Below, one piece after another: positions 21,078-31,527 of a DNA stretch of 64,000 nucleotides. The notes below the pieces were generated by a model that saw nothing but the letters and a program-made list of their open reading frames with translations, was not told where the DNA came from and did not search any database. The stretch spans positions 928,001-992,000 of the forward strand of contig CAVTBR010000001.1 of the NCBI GenBank assembly GCA_963733055.1, written 5' to 3'. Numbering within the stretch: the stretch's first letter is position 1; each line of letters opens with the position of its first letter. This DNA is from Candidatus Bathyarchaeota archaeon (GTDB lineage Archaea > Thermoproteota > Bathyarchaeia > 40CM-2-53-6). The position numbers and the translations under genes were made by a program.

Positions 21078-21962
21078 TCACGTGGCCGCGCTCCTAAGCA
21101 TTTCATACCTCGAGGAAAGCCCTAGCAACGCCCCTGCCGTTTCGGCCAGACCAGAAACCGCCCAAAACGGAATCATTCTAAACTTCAGTGTAAACAGACT
21201 TTTGACAATTTGGTACAAGGCATCCCGCGTCATTTCAAACGCAATTGGAATCGATCCGGATTTGAGAGCAAACTGTGCGTCCCCACGGCCGAAGCGAAAT
21301 CGCTGCTTGAAGAATGCTCGGAACTCACGCCGGTGTAAGTGATATGCTACGGCGGACGAGACACCGACCACATATTTGTCATTGCGAAGGCGTTCACAGA
21401 CGTCTTTATCCTCGCACGCAAATTCTAGAGCGGGATCAAATGGATATTCTGTCAGCAGATCTCTTCTGAAAAGCGAAGCGGCCATCCCAATATGATGCTT
21501 AGGTCCTTCCTGGTTGAATGACATGAAATTTTCGTCTTCGGCCCTTTGCCAATATGTCTCGTTCCGAAGGCTGAATACCTTCGCATTAATGCCGGCCCAG
21601 TGATGTTCCGCCAGCTCAGAAACCATCGTGCTAGTGCTGCCGGGCTCCAACACAACATCGCTGTCAACGAACATCACTAGTGGCTTTAGGGAAGCTTTGA
21701 CTCCGAGTGCTCTTGAATACCCTATAGATTTACCGTCGTTGATTAGGATAGACGCATTATACCGTTTGAGAATTTGGACAGTATCATCCGTTGAGAGCAT
21801 ATCCACGGCGACTATTTCCCCCGGCTCCTGGCCGCAAATAGATTTTAGACAAGCCTCTAACGTCGAAGAAGAGTTCTTTGTCAGAATTATAATCGACACA
21901 TTAGAATTCTTCCTCATGCGGCCATTATCCTCTATTCTATTGTTTCCGGCCTTCATTGACAA
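21078..21962 (-). CDS. GT2 glycosyltransferase
   Basis: IILTKNS, FVDSD, EDKDV, QRFRFGRG. Confidence 0.9.
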   Translation of the reverse strand: MSMKAGNNRIEDNGRMRKNSNVSIIILTKNSSSTLEACLKSICGQEPGEIVAVDMLSTDDTVQILKRYNASILINDGKSIGYSRALGVKASLKPLVMFVDSDVVLEPGSTSTMVSELAEHHWAGINAKVFSLRNETYWQRAEDENFMSFNQEGPKHHIGMAASLFRRDLLTEYPFDPALEFACEDKDVCERLRNDKYVVGVSSAVAYHLHRREFRAFFKQRFRFGRGDAQFALKSGSIPIAFEMTRDALYQIVKSLFTLKFRMIPFWAVSGLAETAGALLGLSSRYEMLRSAAT

Positions 21963-22051
21963 TTATTCCACAAAAAGATAGCATCGCAAGTTGCCCTCGA
22001 CGAGGTCGATTGGGCTCTTCAAAGGTTGCACGACCATATCCTTGTCGGCAG

Positions 22052-24112
22052 TTATGGAGGCCCCAAGAATCCTTGATTTCTGAACCACTCGATCGAGTTT
22101 CTTAAGCCTTCATCGAGTGAATAAGTCGCGTCAAACCCTAGCAGTCTCCTCGCTTTGTCTCCTGAATAAATTGCGCCTCGCCCGTACACTTCGAGGTCGC
22201 TCTCTGAAGGGGAGATCGATTCAAGTCTCTTCAACGATGACATCAGCCTTCTTCCGCGTTTCAAAATGAGCGGCGGCTAGCTTTAGCGGTCCCAAAGTTC
22301 TGGAGGCGACACCGAGAGCTTCCTTCATAGCTACCCGAGATCTCAAGTCTGTCTTACCCGTCTCCTCAATTGGAGGAAACCCCAAGGCTCCATTGAGGCG
22401 TTGGAAATACTCGTTCCACGTAACGACCTCGCGGCCGTTTATGTTGAAAGCCTGCCCTATCGTCGGCCTCCTGCTCCAGAACCGACACGATTGCCCTCAC
22501 CAAGTCGTCCACATACACTAGATTACAGATTCCGCGACTCTCTCCGTACGCGAAGAGCTCCCGTGCAATGATCGCCTTTGCGAATTGTATGATCCAGTTC
22601 CTGCTGAACGGTCCATAGACGATCGACGGACGGAGGATGGTTATTGGGGCTCCTTGTTCGATGTACTCCCAACATATCTTCTCCGCCTCTATCTTGGACT
22701 CATTGTAGTCATCCCCAGTGTATGCAAACGGGGTGCTCTCATCGACGGTCCCATCGACGTGACCATATACCTCTGCCGTGCTCAAATGGACGAAACGCTT
22801 AACCCCCTTGCCCAGGGCCGCGTCCAATAGATTTCTCGTCCCTTCTTCGGTCACGCCTTTTGGACCTATCGCACAATGGACGATTTCGTTGACTCCGTCC
22901 AGAGCCTTTGAGATTTCGTTCTTGTCCATCAAATCAAATTTCCGAAATTTCACCGGAAACCGTCCTACGCGGTGCCGCACTCGACCAGCGCCTTATTCCG
23001 GCCGTTACGTCATGGTTGTTCATGTGAAGTACCTCGACAGCCCGGGCACCGACGAAACCGGTAGCGCCGGTGACCAAGACCTTATGCGTACTTCCTAACG
23101 AAACTCTCGGGCCTTCATACCACGGCATTGAGAATCTGGTTCTTTTTCGATAGTAGTCTTCAATCATACCGATTGAGTTAACTACGTCCTCTCCGGAAAC
23201 CAGCGGCCTCTCATGAGAAGTTATAACGTTCACGAAATTTGAAATCACTCGTACGAAGCAGTCCTCATAAGACTTCATGTCAGTTCTGATGTTCTGAACG
23301 GCGATGTTTCCCGAACGGTCAGTCACACTTATTCTGTTCCATTCTGATAGTTTGCCATGAGCAGAGCCCGAGTCTCCCTTAACATCAAACCGACTCTCAA
23401 GATCGAAGAAACGATTCAGGAATAACCGAATCTTGCATTGACCAGCAGATGCCGTAATCAATGACACTGATTCAGGTCCCCCATACGAATCATCTTGACC
23501 AAGGATTAGCTGTGGTTTTTTGTTTACCCACCAGCAGATCGAATCGATTACATGGGCCCCAATATCCAACACGACCCCTTTTGAGGACACTTCGGGGTTC
23601 ACGTAGAACCCCGCGGAACTCGGTGAATCGAACCTACGCCCCTCGTAGAAATCTATGGATGCCAAGTCGCCGAACTGGTGAGCGTCTATCATTTCCTTCG
23701 TTCTTTTGAGAGATGGATATAGCCTCCTGGTGTTGTCCACGCAGAGCGCGATTTCATTCTCAGCCGCCGCTTCATTGAGCTGTTGAACTTCGTTGGTGGT
23801 TTCCGCTAGCGGCTTCTCGCAGAGAACATGAATTCCAGCCTTCAAGAAGAACATGGCAACCTTGTAATGCAGCGAGTGCGGCACGGCAACAACGACGCCG
23901 TCCACTTTGTTTGTTATGTCTCGGTACTCTTCGAAAACCTGTCCATGATTCAGTCTCCCCGCCAGTGCTTTAGCCGCGTTTCGATTCGGGTCCACCAGAC
24001 ACAACTTGTCCAGTACTTCAGGAAATTTCTCAAGAGCCGAGGCGTAGTAGTCTGTTGCAACTGCTCCGCAACCCACAATTCCTATCCGAACAGTTTGCAC
24101 GATGGTCTCCAA
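22052..24112 (-). CDS. Gfo/Idh/MocA oxidoreductase fused to NAD-dependent epimerase, with three apparent frameshifts (about 22970, 22465, 22256)
   Basis: GCGAVA, CEKP, DIGAHVID, then in frame VLVTGATGFVG; SDR continues YNESK, RPSIVYGP, GQAFNI, ARRLLG across frames. Confidence 0.8.
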
Positions 24113-24430
24113 TACGAGGATGGTTTAAGCATTTATTGTGTGTTATCCCAGTATAGGAATAGAAGGCCACTGTACCATCGGAATCGTTTTCAGGTTTTGC
24201 AGAGGCACTCGATTATGCGACGAACATGCAGTTCAAGTTCTCGCGTCACCTAATTTGTGAAGAAGATGACTAGATACTAGACGCTAATGCTCATGCACAC
24301 TAACCTGAAACGCGATTCAATTCGTCTAGAGCTAGAACTTCGTTCACGCTTTTCAGAAGCAAGAACTTCAAGTTAATTATCCAGTTCCGCCATAGACACT
24401 TTCTCGAACCGCGAAAGGCGAGGGCCATAA

Positions 24431-25564
24431 ATGACTTCAGTTTTCATACCACCCGCAAAACCCTGTTTCTCTCAATCAGACATTGAAGAGATCAAAGGCG
24501 ACGTAGGTAAGATACTCGGCTCTGGAATGCTTACGCTTGGCGAGTATACAAAGAGATTTGAAAGCGAGTTCTCCAAGCTCGTGGACGTGCCACACGCAGT
24601 GGCCGTGAACTCAGGTACCAGCGCACTTGAGATTGCACTTCGAGCACTGGGTTTGAAGAACGGTGAAGTCATACTTCCAACCAACACTTTCGGTGCAACA
24701 GCCGCGGCCGTAATTTTTGCGGACGGAACACCAATCATAACGGACGTCAGTCGTGATGGCCTAACAATTGACTCAGATATCGTGAAACGCGCTCTAACTC
24801 CCCGGACAAAAGGTGTCATAGCGGTGCATATAGGAGGACTAATCTGCCCTGACATCGACAGCATGAGAGAACTGTGTGACGAGAAAGGCCTATTCCTGTT
24901 AGAAGATGCAGCACACGCGCATGGATCTATGATTGGAAACAAGAAAGCAGGTAACTTGGGGGCTGCAGGGTGTTTCAGCTTCTATCCCACTAAAATAATC
25001 ACGTCCGGAGAAGGCGGAATGATAACCACAAAAAGCGAAGAAGTCGCCACAGCCTCTAGAATTATGAGAGATCAAGGCAAGGAAAGTTTCAGTAGCAACA
25101 GAATCGTGCGTTTAGGGTACAATTGGAGATTGCCGGAAATCAGCGCTGCCATCGGCCTAGTGCAGCTTCGCCACCTTTCCGAGTTCATTCAAAGACGGAA
25201 TGCGATCGCGAGAATGTACGACAAGACCCTTGAAAACCTCGGAATTTCACGTGTAGTAACTCCCCCGAATCAATTGAACAACTTCTACAAGTACACTTAC
25301 TTCCTTCCTAAGAACGTGAAAAGGGACGAGTTCAAAGCAAAGTGTCGAGAACGGGGAGTAGCCTACGGTGGAGAAGTCTACTGGCCGCCCTTGCACCTGC
25401 AACCCGCCTTCAAAGACTTCCTACAAAACGGAACTCGTTTCGAAACTGCTGACGACCTATGCCAGAGAATGGTGAATCCACCAATTTTCAGTCAGATGAC
25501 TGACCAAGAGGTTAATTCGACGATTGACGTTACGCGGGAAGTCCTCAGTAAGCTAATGAGTTGA
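24431..25564 (+). CDS. DegT/DnrJ/EryC1/StrS sugar aminotransferase
   Basis: NSGTSAL, EDAAHAHG, SFYPTKIITSGEGG (PLP lysine). Confidence 0.95.
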   Translation: MTSVFIPPAKPCFSQSDIEEIKGDVGKILGSGMLTLGEYTKRFESEFSKLVDVPHAVAVNSGTSALEIALRALGLKNGEVILPTNTFGATAAAVIFADGTPIITDVSRDGLTIDSDIVKRALTPRTKGVIAVHIGGLICPDIDSMRELCDEKGLFLLEDAAHAHGSMIGNKKAGNLGAAGCFSFYPTKIITSGEGGMITTKSEEVATASRIMRDQGKESFSSNRIVRLGYNWRLPEISAAIGLVQLRHLSEFIQRRNAIARMYDKTLENLGISRVVTPPNQLNNFYKYTYFLPKNVKRDEFKAKCRERGVAYGGEVYWPPLHLQPAFKDFLQNGTRFETADDLCQRMVNPPIFSQMTDQEVNSTIDVTREVLSKLMS

Positions 25565-25570
25565 TACTAC

Positions 25571-26461
25571 TTGGTTGCCCTAGTTACAGGCGGTTCAGGT
25601 TTTATCGGTAGTCATGTAACAGACGCGTTGGCTGCCAAGGGCCTAACTGTTAGAGTGTTCGACAAGGCGCGGCCACTGCGAACTGATGTTGAGTGGTTTC
25701 AGGGAGATCTTCTTTCGAATGATGACGTTTACGAAGCATTGCAGGACGTTGAAATGGTCTTTCACCTCGCTGCCGTGGCGGATGTCAACGTGGCCTTAAC
25801 GGACCCTGAACTCTGTCTTAACGTGAATGAACTCGGCACGCTGAAATTACTTGAGGCCTGTTCCGGCCGTGAAGTGGAACGATTTATCCTGGCTTCAAGC
25901 GTCTGGGTATATGGTAAGGCAAGTGGAGAGGTGACTGAAGAGACACCACTCTCAATACCCGGAGACGTCTACACCAAAACAAAGATCGGCCAAGAACACC
26001 TCGTCTGTTCCTGGGGGCAGACCCATTCCCTCCCCTACACGATATTGCGATACGACATACCATACGGCCCTAGAATGCGAAGCAATATGGCAATAGCCGC
26101 ATTTGCTAGAAGGGCGATAAACAAGGAACCGATAACAATCTTTGGTGACGGAACACAAGGACGATGCTGGATCTTCGTAACCGATCTGGCAGAGGCGCAC
26201 ACCTTAGCCATGAAACCGGCAGCCAGCAAACAAATCATTAACATCGCAGGCAGGGAATTCGTCACCGTATCAAACATCGTTACAATGCTCACAAAGATAT
26301 TGGGCAACTTCCCAATCAAACATGAACCCCCAAGGCCGGGTGATTTTGCTGGTGTAAGGACTAGCATCGAGAAAGCAAAATCTGTACTTAGTTGGACACC
26401 GCAAACGTCGTTCGAAAAAGGTCTCTCGATTTATGTTGACGGAGTAAAAGCCAAACGATAA
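25571..26461 (+). CDS. NAD-dependent epimerase/dehydratase
   Basis: GGSGFIG, YTKTK, GDGTQGR. Confidence 0.93.
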   Translation: MVALVTGGSGFIGSHVTDALAAKGLTVRVFDKARPLRTDVEWFQGDLLSNDDVYEALQDVEMVFHLAAVADVNVALTDPELCLNVNELGTLKLLEACSGREVERFILASSVWVYGKASGEVTEETPLSIPGDVYTKTKIGQEHLVCSWGQTHSLPYTILRYDIPYGPRMRSNMAIAAFARRAINKEPITIFGDGTQGRCWIFVTDLAEAHTLAMKPAASKQIINIAGREFVTVSNIVTMLTKILGNFPIKHEPPRPGDFAGVRTSIEKAKSVLSWTPQTSFEKGLSIYVDGVKAKR

Positions 26462-26528
26462 CGGCGTTCAGCCCCAGCGCAACGGTAACGCTTGCCTAAG
26501 CGAAGAGAATTCAATGCGAGGATAGTGG

Positions 26529-27773
26529 TTGATTATGGAGAATCATGGGAGGGTACCTAGACCGCGACCATTGAGATACTTGCAAGTCAAGTACAAGTTT
26601 TCCGATGTCACCTTCGCCGATCTCTCTGTGGAATCTGAACTCAATGAGTTGGTCGCGTTAGCACGTCAGGGTCATAGAGTAACTCTAATGGGGGCAACTC
26701 TCGGCCTACCAAGGTCAAAGGAAACGGCCGGCGAAAGGCTGAAACTCGAACCCGTGTATGTACGAAGGAGCACTTCCATCATCGCTTTGTTAGTCTTTCA
26801 GATGATCGTCGCCTTTCGACTAATACGAAGAATCGGCCAACTCGATGCGTTGATTACGGACTGCTCAACTCTCACCCCTATCCTGTGCCTAATTCTGTTC
26901 ATCAATCGCTTAGTTAACCATCACCCCGTACTCATCCTCCGAGTTACTTCGAATCCGGTAGAAACTGGAGGTACTCTTCGATCGATGATAACTATCTTTC
27001 ATTGGATGACTTCAGTGAAACTTGCAGGAGTCCTCTTTGACCGAATCTACTTCATAAGCCCCATGATGGGACAACACTATTCCAAACTACTACACATTCC
27101 ACCCAACAAGATAGGAACTTGGCCGTCCACCATCAATATGCGCCTCTTCGATTCGGAGGCGAAGAGTCTTCGAGCGTCTGCTCGCAGCATACGTCAAAAG
27201 CTCGCATTGTCAAGACGATTTGTTGTCCTACACCACGGCGTGTTGACCAAATCAAGAGGAGTCATGGAAACCGTGAAGGCGTTTAAGTTATTGAAAGAAA
27301 AAGACGTGAAAACTACGCTGTTTCTGCTGGGAGATGGCTCTGCTAAAGCCGAAATACAGGAGTATGTTTCGACGAATGACCTCGATGGATACATCAGACT
27401 GCATGAACCCGTACCCTACCGGGATGTCCCAATTTACGTCGCCATTTGTGACTTAGGTATCGTACCACTCCCCGACAATTCGTGGTGGCGATACCAATGT
27501 CCCACAAAGCTGCTTGAGTACTTGGCAATGAACAAACCTGCGATAGTCACAGACATACCCGGTCACAGATGGATACTCGGCAGCGCAAATTTCGCGCAAT
27601 ACATTAACCAAGTCAGCGCGACCGAAATATCCAACGCTGTTATGAAAGCCATGAGTGAGCATGAATCGCTCGATCCTAGAACAGGCCGACGCATTTCGAG
27701 TGCTTTCTCCGGCGAACGAATTGCTCAGATGCTTGAAGACGATGTGCTTGAGAGTCTGAAAACGAACAAGTAG
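26529..27773 (+). CDS. GT4 glycosyltransferase
   Basis: LLGDG, PTKLLEYLAMNKP. Confidence 0.88.
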   Translation: MIMENHGRVPRPRPLRYLQVKYKFSDVTFADLSVESELNELVALARQGHRVTLMGATLGLPRSKETAGERLKLEPVYVRRSTSIIALLVFQMIVAFRLIRRIGQLDALITDCSTLTPILCLILFINRLVNHHPVLILRVTSNPVETGGTLRSMITIFHWMTSVKLAGVLFDRIYFISPMMGQHYSKLLHIPPNKIGTWPSTINMRLFDSEAKSLRASARSIRQKLALSRRFVVLHHGVLTKSRGVMETVKAFKLLKEKDVKTTLFLLGDGSAKAEIQEYVSTNDLDGYIRLHEPVPYRDVPIYVAICDLGIVPLPDNSWWRYQCPTKLLEYLAMNKPAIVTDIPGHRWILGSANFAQYINQVSATEISNAVMKAMSEHESLDPRTGRRISSAFSGERIAQMLEDDVLESLKTNK

Positions 27774-27896
27774 ACGAGTTGGACTGGTAATTCTCAAGCC
27801 TCCCAACAGGAAGCTAAAGGCATCAGCGTTCTAGACTTGGCGGGGCCAGATCGACGTCTGATCGCACGAACGACAATCGACTGTTCTTTTTGCGCC

Positions 27897-28958
27897 CTAA
27901 CCATTCACTATAGCAGTCTGAATTTGCTTTGAAATACGCTCAACAATTTCAACGGTCTTGTATGCTGTGTTTGGACTAATCCGAGCACTGGCGTCTTCTT
28001 CTGTGCCATCGATCAGAGATCGATAAGCGCGCCGAAAGGCATAGGCTCCGTAAGCATCTAGCATAAAGCGGGACACATTTTTTGCATCGGCAAGGACAAG
28101 CTTGCCAGCCAGATTAAGTGTGTCGGTGGCGGATTGAACTCTCCCCGGAGTTCTACGACCCATTGCGATCAGTGTTTGGTTGGTTAAATCAATCCTCAAA
28201 ATCTTCTTTGTGCAATAAACGTCTACAAGCTCCGCAACTCGCGCAGCGTTAAATGAAACGTAGACATGACCGGTTCCCATCGATGAATGCAACATTACGC
28301 GAAGCTCGTCGGCCGGCATCCAAGCTCGGCTTCCCCGCTTAGTTGCATAGACTGAATCAACTAACAAGTCATCTCCCAAGAACGCTTGCAAAACATAGAC
28401 TGGGTGCGGGAGCATTTCCGTAAGTCTACCCCCGGTTAGCTTGTGACACCAATGGTTTGGATTTGACCCCATCACATCCTCATTGGGTCCTGCGACAAGC
28501 GTTACTGTAACGCCCAAGATCTCTCCCAACTCTCCCCTCTTTACGTTCATCAAAGCTTCTTGGACGACTCTACTGAGCAGATAGTGGTACACGACAGTCA
28601 TCTTGCCTTTGCCTTGCTGCAGCGTGTTAAGAATCAATTGAGCATCGCTTGTTGTCAATGTCATAGGTTTCTCTATTAGGACACGTGTGCCGAGCTTCAG
28701 AGCATCTACTGCTATCTCAGCGTGAGTCTGGGGGGGAGTCAAAATCGAGGCTATGAAGGGGGTCTCCTCACGGAGCATCAAAGAAGCGTCTACGTAGTGT
28801 TTCTCGATACCCCATTCGCTAGCCATCTGGGCGGCCTTTCGTTCATCAGTGTCACATATCGCGACCACCTTCATTTCCTTCATATTTCTGAGTGCTCGTA
28901 GGTGCTCCTGTGCAATGACTCCCGCACCAACTAGTGCAACGTGATATTTCTCCTGCAT
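27897..28958 (-). CDS. Gfo/Idh/MocA oxidoreductase
   Basis: GAGVIA, TPPQTH, IEKPM, EMLPH. Confidence 0.92.
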   Translation of the reverse strand: MQEKYHVALVGAGVIAQEHLRALRNMKEMKVVAICDTDERKAAQMASEWGIEKHYVDASLMLREETPFIASILTPPQTHAEIAVDALKLGTRVLIEKPMTLTTSDAQLILNTLQQGKGKMTVVYHYLLSRVVQEALMNVKRGELGEILGVTVTLVAGPNEDVMGSNPNHWCHKLTGGRLTEMLPHPVYVLQAFLGDDLLVDSVYATKRGSRAWMPADELRVMLHSSMGTGHVYVSFNAARVAELVDVYCTKKILRIDLTNQTLIAMGRRTPGRVQSATDTLNLAGKLVLADAKNVSRFMLDAYGAYAFRRAYRSLIDGTEEDASARISPNTAYKTVEIVERISKQIQTAIVNG

Positions 28959-29470
28959 AATTCAAATCATCCTTGAGCCAACATTGGTTAGGGGCAGTTG
29001 GTAATAGCTTGAACGCAACGGGCTCAACTTTTCACGCACTATTGTCCCAATTGTCGCCGACGAAACCACCGGATTAAGTGGTGTAACCTGATAAGATATT
29101 TTGCATTCGAGCATATTGTATCTGGTCCTGGCTGCCGTCGTGTTCATTTCCATTGGAAGTGAGTCAAATTACAATCATCCCAAGAAAAACGCTTCCTCCC
29201 TCATTCTTGTTTAGAACAGCATTAACTGGAGGCAATGCAGCCGCCACTCATCACGAGAAACCGCTTTGCTTCGCGGAAGCAATTTACCTTGGTTCTTAAA
29301 TGCGGACTGAGTCAAAATTCTGAATGTTGACTGGCTTGCATGTACTTCCTACGGCATTACGCGCATTTCGCTTCTTACTAATCTGAGGCTATCGAATTGT
29401 AGACTTGCAATCGGAATGCGGAAGCCTTCGTCGGCGCCTCGGTACCGATCGAGAAGTCTTGAGAGTTCGT

Positions 29471-31360
29471 TCAACTGAAAATCACTTCAATTAATGGCGC
29501 CGTGATGAATGGACCGAAATCAATTGTGTGACCAGGAGGCAAATAGAATGCTAAGCCATTTGCGTTAGCGAAAGCAGGTTGTCCATCAATCGAAATGGTT
29601 GACCCTGAACCTTTCTTTAGAATAATTATGGTGCAGGGCGTGGTAGTAATTGTGTAGGTGGTGGATGCGACTAGATTGAAGGTTGTTCCGATGGGTGAAA
29701 TAAAGTTCCCATCACCAGCTCCCGAACCTCCTACATACAGAAAATCAGCTATGTCGCCTATGGGGTTGAAACCGATATTCTCCGCGACAATAGTTGAGTT
29801 GTCTGCAATCTGAATCGAAGTCGCACATTCAGACTTCGAAAGAACATTATTGACAACATTCCCACTCACAGGTGTACCTTCTGGACCAATGCAGGTTGAA
29901 AAGCCAGTAACTTTATTCCCTGAAATCACAGTGTTGGTGCCACCCCATCTTATGCCAGTTCCTTGCAGACTAGCAACATTTCCAAGAATCACGTTGCCAA
30001 TTACTTGGTCGCCGTAGGTCTTGCTATCAATGTATAGGGCCTCTTCGCTTTGCGTCGTCGCCGTAAAATCTAGGACGTTATTGGAAATTGTGACATTGTT
30101 TGCATAGGATCCAATCGCATCTGACTCGGGCTTGTGGTTGTTGGTTTCGAAAACGTCGTTGCCTGTGATGAGGACAGCGTTTGCCCCTGCAAGAATCGCC
30201 GCGCTAGTGGTGTCGTTCAGATTATTTGTGCTTACAAGGGCGTCGACGGTTCCTACCCTAATGTCGATCGCGGGCTTATTCGTGTAGGTAGTTGATTGGA
30301 CTACGTTGTTGGCGATGTCTACGCCTTTCGTGTACTGGGTAGCTATTGCACCCCCGCAGCTAACAATTTCGTTTCCGGTAATGATGATGGCTTTACTGAC
30401 CAGGCTTGGGTAGTCGGCGTCCGTTGAAATTGCGTAGTCGGTTGCGTTGTAGATTTGGTTTCCTTCCACGGTGACTTCGGTTGAGTTACCATTGTCTCCA
30501 ACATAAATCCCGTCATGGCCGTTCAAGTGGTATGGGGATTGGTTTAGCGTAATATTTGTGATCACATTACCTTCAACGAGCGTATCAGCTGCATTCAGCG
30601 ATATGCCTACGTCGCTTGCTGTCACAATCTGGTTGTCCTGAATTGTGTCCCAGCGTGCAGGCTGAGTATCACTATACGATAGAAGTAATATGCTGTCTGC
30701 ATCGCAGTTCACGGCAAAATCATTAACCATTTCGGAGTGTAGAGTTCCCTCAAAGACCAGGCAGGAGGTTTTCAGGTCATGTACGTATAGGTTCTGAAAA
30801 GTTATGTAATTGCTAAGGTCGGCTTCTATCCCTACACACTCAGGTGTAGTGCAGGCGTAGGGTATGCTTGCTCGGCTCCCGTCAATTGAAAGGTCTTTGA
30901 CTACGACATTGTTTACTTCATACAGGTACAGAATCGCAAGCGCCCCATAACTCCCTGTTATGGTTGATGCTGCTTTTAGAATTGACCCTGCTCCATCACC
31001 TTCGACGGTCACATTGTTGACTAGGATGTTGATTTGTTGTGTGATGGTGTAGGTTCCAGCCATAATGTATAGGCGGCCACCGGAAGAAAGTTTGCTAATT
31101 GCGGCGCTGATAACTGCGGCCGCGTTTGTGGATTTCATCAGAATCGTCGAGCCTTTACAGGCTTGGGCGTAGGTGGTCCCACTGATTATGTAAATCATGT
31201 ACGTGCAAGGCAAGGCGCCAGCGTATGCGGCGGTTGCGGTTTGTGTTGCGACGGGTTCCAGTTTAGGAGCTAGAGCACTGCCGGAGGCCATTCCGATGAC
31301 GAAAACAATGAGAGCGACGGTGAATAGTTGACGTTTTTCATATGCTGTGATCAAAGACAA
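29471..31360 (-). CDS. Secreted right-handed parallel beta-helix (pectin-lyase-like) protein
   Basis: Signal/TM N-terminus, GGRLYIMAGTY, repeated (V/I)xGNxI Asn ladders. Confidence 0.85.
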   Translation of the reverse strand: MSLITAYEKRQLFTVALIVFVIGMASGSALAPKLEPVATQTATAAYAGALPCTYMIYIISGTTYAQACKGSTILMKSTNAAAVISAAISKLSSGGRLYIMAGTYTITQQINILVNNVTVEGDGAGSILKAASTITGSYGALAILYLYEVNNVVVKDLSIDGSRASIPYACTTPECVGIEADLSNYITFQNLYVHDLKTSCLVFEGTLHSEMVNDFAVNCDADSILLLSYSDTQPARWDTIQDNQIVTASDVGISLNAADTLVEGNVITNITLNQSPYHLNGHDGIYVGDNGNSTEVTVEGNQIYNATDYAISTDADYPSLVSKAIIITGNEIVSCGGAIATQYTKGVDIANNVVQSTTYTNKPAIDIRVGTVDALVSTNNLNDTTSAAILAGANAVLITGNDVFETNNHKPESDAIGSYANNVTISNNVLDFTATTQSEEALYIDSKTYGDQVIGNVILGNVASLQGTGIRWGGTNTVISGNKVTGFSTCIGPEGTPVSGNVVNNVLSKSECATSIQIADNSTIVAENIGFNPIGDIADFLYVGGSGAGDGNFISPIGTTFNLVASTTYTITTTPCTIIILKKGSGSTISIDGQPAFANANGLAFYLPPGHTIDFGPFITAPLIEVIFS

Positions 31361-31527
31361 TCTGTCCTGCTATGGGTCGTACTAAATATGAGTTAGCTAA
31401 TTTGCTTCCGTTGGTGAATTCTCATGCCAAATAACATCTCACATCTTCGGGTAACAGTCGCGATCTAATTCCTTAAATTGTGTAAAAGCTCGCGAAAGTG
31501 AAAATTGTGAATACGAGAAAAACATCT

